Shown in pieces: positions 36,040 to 48,337 of a stretch of 64,000 nt of DNA. The notes under the pieces are model-generated. The model had not been told where the DNA came from. It made no database searches and was given only the letters and a program-made list of their open reading frames with translations. Each line of letters starts with the position of its first letter. Position 1 is the first letter of the stretch. The stretch is from NCBI GenBank assembly GCA_030390025.1, contig CM059432.1:83640001-83704000 (forward strand). The letters run 5' to 3'. Position numbers and translations under genes: made by a program. This DNA is from Squalus acanthias. Taxonomy: Eukaryota.

Positions 36040-39000
36040 GAGTGGAGAATGTCACAATTGGGGAGCACCTTGGGAATAGTGATCATAGTATCGTAAGGTT
36101 TCGATTAGTTATGGAGAAGGACAAGGAGCAATCTAGAATAAAAATACTTAGCTGAAGGAGGGCTAATTTCAGCGAATTGAGGAGGGATCTGGCCCAGGTA
36201 AATTGGAGTCAAAGACGAGCTGGCAGAAATGTAATGGAGCAATGGGTGACCTTTAAAGAGGAGATGGTTCGGGTACAGTCTAGGTGCATTCCCACAAGGG
36301 GGAAAGGGAGGACAACCAAAGCCAGAGCTCCCTGGATGATGAAGAAGTTAGAGAGTAGGATGAAGCAGAAAAAGGGGGCGTATGACAGATATCAGCTTGA
36401 TAATACAAGGGAGAATCAAACTGAATAAAGAAAGTACAGTGGATAAATGAAGAAGGAATTAAGAGGGGCAAAGAGACAGTATGAGAATAGATTGATGGCT
36501 AACAGAAGAGGGAAGCCAAAGGTCTTTGATAGGCATATTAGCAGTAAAAGGGTTGTCAGAAGGGTGGTGGAGCTGATTAGGGATCAAAATGGAGATCTAT
36601 TGGTGGAGGTAGAAGGCATGGCTGAGGTACTAAATGCATACTTTGCATTGGCGTTTACCAAGGAAGAGGACTTTGCCTAAACTATGGTAAACGAGGAGGT
36701 TGCTGGGATACTGGATGAGATAAAAATAGATAAAGAGGATGTACTAAGAAGGCTGGCAGTACTTAAAGTAGGTAAGTCACTTGGTCCGGAAGGGATGCAT
36801 CCTAGGTTACTGAGGGAAGTAAGGGTAGAAATTGTGGAGGTGCTGGCTACAATCATCCAATCCTCCTTAGATACAGAGGTGGTGCCAAAGGACTGGAGGA
36901 TTGCAAATTTTACACCCTTGTTCAAAAAAGGGGAGAAGGATAAATCTGGCATTTACAGGCCAGTCAGTTTAACATCGGTGGCGGGAAAGCTTTTAGAAAC
37001 AATAATCCGGGAGAAAATAAACAGCCACTTGGACAAGCATGGACTAATAAAGGAGAGCCAGCATGGATTGTTAAGGGCAAATCATGTTTGACTAAATTGA
37101 TTGAGTTTTTTGATGCAATAACAGAGAAGGTGGATGAGGGCAGTGAAGTTAATGTTGTGTATGTGGACTTTCAAAAGGCGTTTGATAAAGTACCACATTC
37201 TAGGCTTGTTCGCAAACTTGAAGCCCATGGGATAAAAGGGGCAGTTGCAGCTTGATACAAAATTGGCTAAGGGCTAGAAAACAGAGAGTTGTGGTGACTG
37301 GCTGTTTTCGGACTGGAGGGAGGTATACAGTGGCATTCCCCAAGGTTCAGTACCAGGACCACTGCTGTTTTTGATACACATTAATGAATCAGACTTGGGG
37401 GTATGGGGCACAATTTGGAAATTTGCAGATGACACAAAACTTGGAAGTGTAGTAAACACCGAAGAAGATAGTAATAGACTTCAAGAGACAGGCTGGTGGA
37501 ATGGGTAGACACATAGCAAATGAAATTCAACACAGAAAAGTGTGAGGTGATACATTTTGGTAAGAAGAACAAGGAGAGACAATACACACTAAATGGTACA
37601 ATTTTAAAGGGGGTGTAAGAAGAGAGAGTCTTGGGGGTGCATGTGCAAAAATCTTTGAAGGTGGCAGGACAGGTTAACAAAGCAGTTAATAAAACATATG
37701 GGATCCTGGGCTTTATAAATAGAGGCATAGGGCTGGATTTTGTGAATGGAGGCGAGTTGGAGGCGGGACAGCTGCTTGTCGTGTCAATGTCCCGCCTCCA
37801 TCCTCGCCTGACCAACCAGAGGGATTTCCCCTGATTGAGCTTGTTAAGCCCACCCTGCGGGCTCAGCAGGCCAATTAGGGAGGAAGTCACTGACAGATCA
37901 CGTCAACGTCAGACGTGCTATCTGTCAAGACTTCTTGAAAGAAGAAATGTCAGCGTCTGACAGCTCTGTGAAGCTGTCAAACACTGACATTCTCTTTAGT
38001 TTGATGAGTCCTTGTGTTGAGGACTCATCAAACCTTTCAAATTTGTAAATTTCACATGGCTATTGGAATGGAGGTTCCAACAGCCATTCTGTGAAATTGA
38101 CAAGCAGGATGTCGGCTCTCCCGATCCACCGCGGCTAAAGGCTGTATGAAGAAAACAAGGTAAGTGAACACTTTTTTAAACTTATTATACACCTTGCATA
38201 CTTACCACTCTACACTTGCACCCATCACTTACCTCTACACCTTACTTCCAGGTGCCGCAGACCGCCGCAGACCTCCTCCACATCTCCTCCAACCCGGCGG
38301 GGTTCTCTGAGGTCGGGAAGCCTTCACCTGTGAAGGTAAAATGGCACTAATCCTTTTTTCTGCCTGTTAAATGCCTTTTCTGCCTCCAGGAGATGGGACC
38401 CGAAGCAGCACATCTTCCCGCCTCCTGACAAAAGGGCATGGAGGTGGGATGGGGGCAGCTTTGCCATTCGCCCCCACTTTCTCCGAGTTTATCGGCTGTC
38501 CCGCCTCCATGCCCGCCTCCTCGGGGCTGAGAAAATCCAGCCCATAGAGGACAAATGCCAGGAAGTTATGCTAATCCTATATAAAACACTAGTTCAGCCC
38601 AGCTGGAGTATTGTGTCCAATTCTGGGCACCACATCTTAGGAAGGATGTGATGGTTTTGGACAGCTTTCAGAAGAGATTTACTAGAATGGTTCCAGGGAT
38701 GAGGGAATACCATTACGTGGATAGACTAGAGAAGTTGGGGTTGTTCTCCTTGGAGCAGAGAAGGCTAAGAGGAGATTTGATAGAGGCGTTTAAAATCATG
38801 AAGGGTTTAGATAGAGTAAATAAAGAGAAACTGTTTCTAATGGCTGTAGGGTCGATAATCAGAGGACACAGATTTAAGGTGATTGGCAAAAGAAGCAGAG
38901 GTGACTTGAGGAAAACTTTCTTACGCAACGAGTGGTTAGGATTTGGAATGCACTGCCTGATAGGCTGATGGATACAGATTCAATAGGAGCCTTCAAAAGT

Positions 39001-39140
39001 GAATTGGATAAATATTTGAAGGAGAAAAAATTACAGGGATACAGGGAAAGAGCAGGGAAGTGGAACTAACTAGATTGCTCTTCGAAAGAGCCGGTGGACA
39101 GAATGGCCTCCTTCTGTGCTGTACTATTGTATGATTCTAA
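36040..39140 (+). mobile_element. Decayed CR1 (HER1-type) LINE interrupted by MITE 37730-38543
   Basis: Fragmented ORF2 (YRPVSLTS, DFQKAFDKV, LRGDLIE) and a tail ...GTATGATTCTA. Confidence 0.9.
37730..38543 (+). mobile_element. Non-autonomous Harbinger-type MITE, family B (814 bp)
   Basis: Perfect TIR GGGCTGGATTTT / AAAATCCAGCCC and an exact ATA duplication. Internal blocks are shared with 3716-4559. Confidence 0.9.
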
Positions 39141-41210
39141 CATCTAATAGACATCAGTTACAATAAAATTTCAGCACAAGCATTGCTGAAAATGTGTTCC
39201 CAATGAACTTCCCCATCAAACATCATGCCCACCATTATCCTCTACCTGACCCCATCTACCATGAAAGTCCTTTCAGTTCCTGTTACAGAATTTGCCAATT
39301 ACAAATAAACCCTGCACAAAGTGGAAATAGACATAAATAATTTGTTCACCCAATGTGTGCTTAGTGTGTTCCAATGCTTTATTCCCAGTGCTCCACTTTG
39401 GAAGTTGTGCATGGCTTGTATCTCGTACTATCTATTCTAGTGCTCCTTTTAGGTGCTATTCCAGTAGGGAGGAAAAAGTGCAATGGCTGACTGCTCCTGG
39501 GATGGTAATGGCCCTGTACGTTCTTGTACAGGTTCCTCAGGTGGCCCTGAAATGATTGGGCCATGTTCAAGGCTGCATTGGTGGCATTAGCTCCCTGGGC
39601 CTGCCCTCTTTCTGGTTCAGCATGGGTCAATTGAGTGGGGATTATAGGGTTAATTCCCCCATTGAAAGTTCCTGGCGAGGAGCAGTGCTGCAGAAGTGCT
39701 GCTTAGGAAATTGTGCGCCCACAGACCCTGTTTTTTCACCCACTTAAAGTAGTTGCCTTAGGGTTGGATTCATCAGGGCTGGATGAAACAACTCATCTAT
39801 GGAGACAAGTACATAGTTTCACCAATTATTTTGGACTACGGAGCACTAGAAATACAAAAAGACTGTTGTAGATGCCAGAAAGGCCCACATTAGTATTGCA
39901 GTTCAAGAGGATCCTGGGAACAATACTTTTTTCACAAGATTTCTTAACTTTGCAAACTGATCCTAGGATTAAGGAAGAATTATAAATTGTGCCATCAAAC
40001 AACTTTTATTATATGGATCAATTTTTAGGGGGCAATAAACTATTTCACACTTCAAACTTTGAGGTGCTTTTTCTTTTGCTGAGTCATTTGAAACATTTGC
40101 CAATCATCTGCTCAGGGCACCTACATTTCTGAGTGGCTTTCTGGCATCTGGGTTGTGATATGGGCCATTGAATATTGTACCCAGTTTATAGCTGATACTC
40201 CTTTGAAGTCGTTGCTGCTTTAATGGCAATCCTCTCTATCCTGTGGAATTCTAAAACTTGTAACTTTAACTGCCCAGATAGTCCAAACCTTCCATGATTG
40301 GTAGAGCAGCTTTGGTGTCAATGAAAACATTTTCATACTTGATGTATTGTTTGGACAAGATAAACATTTTTGGAAAACCAAAGGCATATTTTTGTTTTCA
40401 TGTTTTACCACCTGTATTGCTCAAAGTATACATCATGTCAAGTAACATGTCATAACTTACCAGCAGTGAAAAATTATCCAGTTGAGAACTGGAATATGGA
40501 ATGTGCTTAATTTTGGTTTGTAAACTAACTGGATCTTTTAATTATTCTTTTACAAAGGGTTTGATACAGAGCAGCAACAGGAATCCATCAACCTTAAGAT
40601 TACATTTTTAGTCAAATCCAAATTGTTTCAGGCTTCCTTCACATCCTGAAAAAACAGAGAATACAACATATTCTTCAGGTGAGAATGTTCTGAATCTCTT
40701 TGACTCAATGTTGGGAATAAAAAAGCTAAACTTCACTCTAGGTCATTTTTTACTTCATTATCAGTAACATTTATCAAACAATCTAATATAACAAAATTCC
40801 CATTATATTGAAGTTTATTGTTGGGAATAACATTTCACTGTAAAAAAGATCTGCTGTGCTTCATAACGCTCCTGTGAATGGCCTTGGAATGTTTTACTAC
40901 ATTAAAGGAATTATATAAATGCAAGTTGTTCTTGTTGTTCCAATGAATAATACTGTAGTCTTTTTGAAAGCAAATCGAATAGAAAATATACTACGCCTTT
41001 TCTTAAAACTCTGAAACTATACTTTGACAAAGTTGCTAAATGGCAGTCATGATGTTAAAATGAATTAAGAAATTTCTTTCTCAAGGAATAGTACCAAAGG
41101 ACTGCAAAAGTTTTTCAATATTTCTTCTCTTCCTCTGAATCAATCCTTCAGTGGGCAAGCATGCTGAGTGCAGATATCTACACAGTATTCAGCACATCTT
41201 GCATCAGCTG

Positions 41211-42192
41211 TCAGGGCAGTGTCCTAGGCCCAACCATCTTCAGCTGCTTCATTAATGACCTTCCCTCCATCATAAGGTCAGAAATGGGGATGTTCGCTGG
41301 TGATTTCACAGTGTTCAGTGCCATTCACAACACCTCAGAACATGAAGCAGGCCATGCCGCATGCAACAAGACCTGGATGACATTCAGGCTTGGGCAGATA
41401 AGTGACAAGTAATATTTGCGCCACACAAGTGCCAGGCAATGACTATCTGTAACAAGCAAGAAATTAACCACCTCCCCTTGACATTCAACGGCATTACCAT
41501 TGCCGAATCCCCCACTATCAACATTCTGGGGGTCAACATTGACCAGAAACTTAACTGGGCCAGCCACATAAATACTGTGGCTACAAGAGCAGGTCAGAGG
41601 CTGGGTATTCTGCGGTGAGCGTCTCACCTCCTTACTCCTCAAAGCCTTTCCACCAGCTACAAGGCACAAATCAGGAGTGTGATGGAATACTTTCCACTTG
41701 CCTGGATGAGTGCAGCTCCAACAACACTCAAGAAGCTCGACACCATCCAGGACAAAGCAACCCGCTTGATTGGCACCCCATCCACCACCTTAAACATTCA
41801 CTCCCTCCACCACCGGCGTACCGTGGCTGCAGTGTGTACCATCTACAAGATGCACTGCAGCAACTCGCCAAGGCTTCTTTGGCAGCACCTCCCAAACCTG
41901 CGACCTCTACCACCTAGAAGGACAAGGGCAGCAGGCGCATGGGAACACCACCACCTGCAAGTTCACCTCCAAGTCACACACCATCCTGACTTGGAAATAT
42001 ATTGTCGTTCCTTCATCGTCGCTGGGTCAAAATCCTGGAACTCCCTCCGTCACAGCACTGTGGGCGTACCTTCACCACACGGACTGCAGCGGTTCAGGAA
42101 GGCGGCTCACCACCACCTTCTCAAGGGCAATTAGGGATGGGCAATAAATGCTGGCCTTGCCAGCGACGCCCACATCCCGTGAATGAATAAAG
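41211..42192 (+). mobile_element. CR1-Zenon-like LINE 3' fragment
   Basis: QGSVLGPTIF through ORF 41679-42134, with the same 3' UTR as 24217-25732. Confidence 0.88.
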
Positions 42193-42972
42193 AAAACAGA
42201 TACACATCCAAAGGCTGAACAGTTAAGGTAAACAATTTTCTACATAGCACAACATTTTTTTGTGTGAAGAAGAAATGGGACTCAGTAGATGCTTTGGAAT
42301 GTGGATTAAGGACCAAGGGCCTTATTTTCCAAGTGCTGGGCACAAAAAATACTTACAATGGTTTGCATCAGTGACTGTGTATAGTTACTGTTGAACAGAT
42401 TGTGTCCTATTTGTAGTTACATGCAATTTCAATTTATCACCAGCTAAAAGTTAAGCCGTCTAATCATTGGACCAGTAACAATCACTGTTAAGCACGTAAG
42501 CAAGAAGAAACGGGGCCCTTAATCCCCTATAAGTAACTACGGTTATACTCCCACTAGAGCTGAATGGAATTATAATAACTGACTGAAAAGAACAGAACAT
42601 TCAATTCGCTGAAGAGGTGGATCTGGTGATGGAAACAAAAGTACCTACAGTGCTTGCCTTTTCCAAAGTCTGTCACTCATTTACTTGATGAAACCTACTC
42701 CCAAGCCTATGTGATAACACTCTCTGCTCAACAACTTTAGTGCTATCACATTTTTAATAAGCAAACATTGTGTATTTGTGCTTGATATTTTCTACCATGG
42801 TGAATTTAAAGACCTACAGCAGCTTAAAGGGCCAGGCATGTAGCAAAATACATTTGTAGGAAGGCAGAAAGTTCATTATCCAATCAGTGCTAGTGCAACC
42901 ACCCTCTACACAGCAACTCAGTGTTAGAAAAAGTTTAATGACCTTACTAGGTTAGGCAAGGTGAGAGGAGCC

Positions 42973-45625
42973 ATACATAGATACATAGATACATAGAAGA
43001 TAGGAGCAGGAGTAGGCCATCCGGCCCTTTGAGCCTGCTCCGCCATTTAATGAGATCATGGCTGATCCTCCAATTCAGTATCCCGTCCCCGCCTTCTCTC
43101 CGTAACCCTTAACCCCTTTTGCCTGTAGAAATATATCTAATTCCCTCTTAAATATATTTAATGAGCTGGCGTACACTGCCCTCTGTGGCAATGAGTTCCA
43201 CAGGTTCACCACCCTCTGAGTGAAGAAATTCCCCCTCATTTCTGTCCTAAATGGTTTAGCCCTTATCCTTAAATTATGTCCTCTAGTTCTGTTCTCACCT
43301 GCCAAGGGAAACATTCCTTTTGCATCTAGTCTGTCTAGACCTGTCAGAATTTTATACACTTCTATGAGGTCCCCTCTCAATCTTCTAAACTCCAGTGTGT
43401 ACATCCCTAAACTACATAGTCTCTCCTCATAGGTCAATCCCGCTATTCCTGGTATCAGCCTGGTGAATCGCCGCTGCACCCCCTCCATGGCAAGAACATC
43501 TTTCCTCAGATGAGGCGACCAAAACTGTACACAGTACTCGAGGTGTGGTCTCACCAGTGCCCTGTACAGCTGCAGCAAGGTATCCCTGTTCCTGTATTCC
43601 AACCCTTTTGCTATGAAGGCCAGCATACCGTTTGCCTTCTTGACCGCCTGTTGCACCTGCATGCTCGCCTTCAGTGACTGGTGTACAAGAACACCCAGGT
43701 CTCTCTGTACTTCCCCCTCTCCCAATTTATTGCCATTTAAATAATAATTTGCCCTCCCGTTCCTGCACCCAAGGTGGATAACTTCGCACTTGTCCACATT
43801 ATAGTGCATCTGCCATTTATCCGCCCAATCACCCAGTCTGTCCAAATCGCTCTGGAGCTTCCTGGTCTCCTCCTCTGAGCCCACCCCCCCTCCTAGTTTA
43901 GTGTCGTCTGCAAATTTGGAAATGCTGCATCCGACTCCCTGATCCAGGTCATTAATGTAAATTGTGAACAGCTGGGGACCCAGGACAGATCCCTGTGGTA
44001 CCCCACTTGTTACTGCCTGCCATTCAGAAAATGAGCCGTTTATTCCAACTCTCTGTTTTCTATCTGACAGCCAGTTCTCTATCCACGTCAATACTTTCCC
44101 CTTTATCCCATGAGCTTCAATTTTCCATGCTAATCTTTTATGTGGGACCTTGTCGAAGGCCTTTTGGAAGTCCAGGTACACCACATCTACTGGCTCTCCC
44201 CCATCTATTTTACCAGTTACTCCCTCAAAAAATTCCAATAGATTAGTCAAGCACGATTTACCCTTTGTAAATCCATGTTGACTCTGTCCTATCCTGTCCC
44301 CATTTGCTAAGTGCTCCGCTATTTCATCCTTAATGATGGACTCCAGCATTTTGCCCACAACTGATGTAAGGCTTACAGGTCTGTAATTACCTGCTTTTTC
44401 CCTACCCCCCTTTTTGAATAGTGGGGTAACGTTAGCTACCCTTCAATCCATGGGCACTGTTCCCGAGTCTAATGAATTCTGAAAAATCATACTTAGTGCA
44501 TCCGCTATCTCTAGGGCCACCTCCTTCAGTACCCTAGGATGCATGTTATCAGGCCCTGGGGATTTGTCCGCCTTCAATCCCTTTAGCTTCCTTAACACCA
44601 TATCCTTAGAGATATTGATTTGCGTCAGTTCCTCCTTTGCCAATGTCCCTATTTTTCCCGATATCCCAGGGAGGTTTTTTGTGTCTTCCTTCGTAAAGAC
44701 TGACCCAAAGTATGCATTTAGTTGGTCTGCCATTTCCTTATTTCCCGTTATATATTCCCCCGTATCTGACTGCAATGGACCAACTTTGGTTTTCACCAGT
44801 CTTTTCCTCTTGATATACTTATAAAAGCTTTTGGAGTTAGTTTTTATATTTTCCGCCAGCTTGCTTTCGTAAGCTATTTTGCCCCTCTTGATTAAGCCCT
44901 TTGTCCTCCTTTGCTCTATCTTAAACTGTTCCCAATCTTCCGCTCTGGCGCTTTTTTTGGCTATTTTATACGCCCTATCTTTGGATTTTATGCTGTCTCT
45001 AATTTCCACTGTTATCCACGGTTGAGTCACCTTTTTAGATTTCCTTTTATGCCAGATTGGTATAAACAATTTTTGCAATTTTGTCATTCTATCTTTAAAT
45101 GCTTGCCATTGTTTATCTACCTCCAGTCCTCCCAGGAACGTTGTCCAATCAGACCTACTCAGTTCCCGTCTAATGGCATCATAATTCCCCTTGTTTAAAT
45201 TCAGGACCTTCGTCTCTGAGTCAATTTCTTCGCTCTCCATTTCGAGTGAGAAATCGATCATGTTATGATCGCTCTGACCCAAGGGTCCCCGTACAACAAG
45301 ATTACTAATTAGTCCCTTCTCATTGCACAGTACCCAGTCCAATATAGCCTGTTCCCGAGTTGGTTCCTCGACATATTGATCCAGATAACCATCCCTTAAA
45401 CACTCAAGGAATTCCTCCTCCTCATTATTTTTACTGATTAGGCTAGTCCAATCTATATGTAAGTTAAAGTCACCTATGATGACAGCTGTGCTCTTATTGC
45501 ACGCTTCTCTAATTTCCCTCGTGATGCCCTCCCCAACCTCTATTTTACTATTTGGAGGCCTATATACCACTCCTATTAATGTTTTTCGCCCCTCGCTATT
45601 TCTTAGCTCCACCCATATAGATTCT
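42973..45625 (-). mobile_element. Young 5'-truncated CR1 LINE with partial endonuclease and full RT
   Basis: ORFs 44443-45612 (GVVYRPP, IIGDFN, SDHN) and 43075-44358 (FADD) are in one frame, separated by a single stop. (TCTATGTA)n tail. Confidence 0.95.
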
Positions 45626-48337
45626 AAGAATCTGTATCTTCTGTTTACTCAGCACGGCTATCACGTACAATAATCTCCTCTCACACTATGTTAATGTGCT
45701 TGAATTGCTTATCATCCAGGAGGCACTTCGGACACCCGCAATTTTCCATCCAAAGCACCCCTGATAGGCCCAATAGGACCTATGTCTACTAAGATCAGGT
45801 GTAGATCCCATTGTAAGCTTAGAGTGGGTTCTGAAGCAACAAAGGCAGACTGCAATCGATCTACTTCATCAGCCCAATAAAAATAAAATTCCTGATATTT
45901 ATTTTGGGCTCTTGGAGCAGCAAGGTGTCACAATGACTCATGGTGGGGGGATACATTCATGCTGTGCGGTTACAGGTGTGGGTACTCCCCCCCTTACAGT
46001 AATGACCTCATCCCTAGGACTGAGGACAAGGTCACCAAAATGCACTGTAGAAATTCAACCCTGCCCCTCTGCACTTCCACCAGCGCAATGGTACTGCAAA
46101 ATTCCTCTGCTCTTATCTTTGCAGAATTAAAGATGAATTTACCTGTTAATGGTTAGCATACAGAGAGAATGGTATGTAGGAGAACATATTTGGACCTCAG
46201 AAGGAACGAGAGAGGAAAATTAAGAGAGGCACTGACCATTGTAGTATTGATTGAATAGAGAGACAAGCATGGTTGTGATGGAGAGATAAATTGAAGGGCA
46301 GTAGTGAGAAAAAGTCATCTATCTCAAAAACAATGGATGTTGTGGAAGTAAATCAAATTAACTGGTTAAGTATTCAAAAGGCAAACTGGCTGAAATAAAA
46401 TCATTGATACATTAATACAATAATTGTAAGTGTATCTGGCAAACACCTGGTTTAACCTAGCCAGCTTAACCCAACACAATCCTTACTAAACTACCTTCAG
46501 TAAATTAATGCCATACATTTCAGTTTGAATTGACCGACATACAATTCAAAAAAGATTAAACTGGTCTTAAGTACACTAAAGAACAATAAAAACTAGAATC
46601 GTGCAAAACTCTAAAGTAATAGGGCACTAAACCTAAAGGCTGTCCTTTTCCCCCACCATCTAGACAAAGATCTTAATAGTCTCTGCAAGCTATATTTATG
46701 CAAAAGACAAGACATTAATCAGATTTTGACTCCTCTTACTTTCTTGGCACAAATATGGACACCCCTAAGCACAGACAGTAATGGTTTAAAAGGAAAACAA
46801 TGGATATTGCAAAACAGATTTAAGACAGGATGTTCTCAAAGGCGGGGGGCGGGGTGACAGGTCTATACTGCAGGGATTAAGTAACTGTATTGTAGGACTG
46901 CCATAATCTCCCAGCAGTTCTCCCTTATGCTGTGCTAGTCTGTCTACACTAGGCTTTATATAATCTCAAGCAAGAACTGTTTAGTGTTTAGACACAATCG
47001 CAATCACATTAGTATTGTGTATATCCCACTAATTATAGTACTCCCCCCATGATAAAAATAAAATATTTTGAAAATGGATTATTTATTGGATTATTTCTTG
47101 CTAATCACAACACACAGAGGGTTAAAATTGGTTACTGTGAGCTATTTCTGCAGGCTGCATAGAATACATATTCTAGACTGGTTGATATGTGTGGATTGAT
47201 TGCTGCCAATAATCACCTAATAGTCATTAAAAGTGTTTGGAACTGATTAATGGGTCAAGCTATCCATTCAATTGCAAGCATCCTGTGTGGCTCGGAACAG
47301 TACATTTGTTTGACAGCAGTGTTTGTGCAGACAAATGCCATGTTGAATCCTGTGAGCAGTTGATTACCAAATGCAGTTAAGATAAATAATGGTTTTAATT
47401 CCTTGCACTCTGTGATATCCTGAAAGATATTTGAAGCTATTTTTTGTCTGTATTACAATCAGACAGCAATCAGTCTGGAGTCATTGGGGAGACAAAGCTC
47501 GACAGAGGAACCCGTGGTAGTGTATAGCAGAAGTAAAGGAGCCATCTATCTTGGGTAAGTTTCATGTTGCGATTTAGTTCAGGGGAAGAGTTTTTGTTAT
47601 TTTGATTCCAAGGAAAATAGTAAAGTTTGTATTTACTGTAAATCTATTGTTTGTGTTCAATACTGTTCATTATCCTGTTTCAAAGTTCAAATAATTTGAC
47701 AGTTGTTTACAACCTCAGCTGCAGTCTGATAGAATGTACGTTCTTCCACTTACCAAAGACAAGGAGATCACATGATGGCACGAGATATTCCAGTAAGCCA
47801 TAATACAGTGACATGGGGCTCTCTGTTCAACTCCTGGGTCTCAGTACATTTACCTGGATATTGGGTGGCTAAAGGCACACGCTGGTTCATAGGGGACACA
47901 AGATCTACTTATGAGAGTGCCCAAGGACATTGAGCCCAAGAAAATAATTAGCATAAAATTTAAACAATTTAACATTGCAAGAGCCATTGAATTGATCTGG
48001 GATAATAAAATGGGGCGCTAACTCTAGCTAGAATATGCCTTAACAGAAGTAAACAACCAGAACAGCTATTATTGTGACAAGTGATTAAAAAAAACCCTAC
48101 AAATGCTGGAAATTTGGAATAAAAACAGTGAACAATCATTTGAAGTTATTTCAGGTAAACCTTTCATCAGAACTTATTTTTGACAACTTCAGTTAAACAA
48201 CACTGTATACCACACAGTTCATTACTATATGAACAAAAATATTCAGAACTTTACAGAGACAGTTAGTTTCCTTTATTTCCAGTTGTAGTTATAAATATTC
48301 TATGTATAAATCCTAATGATACTGATTCAAAGGTCCT

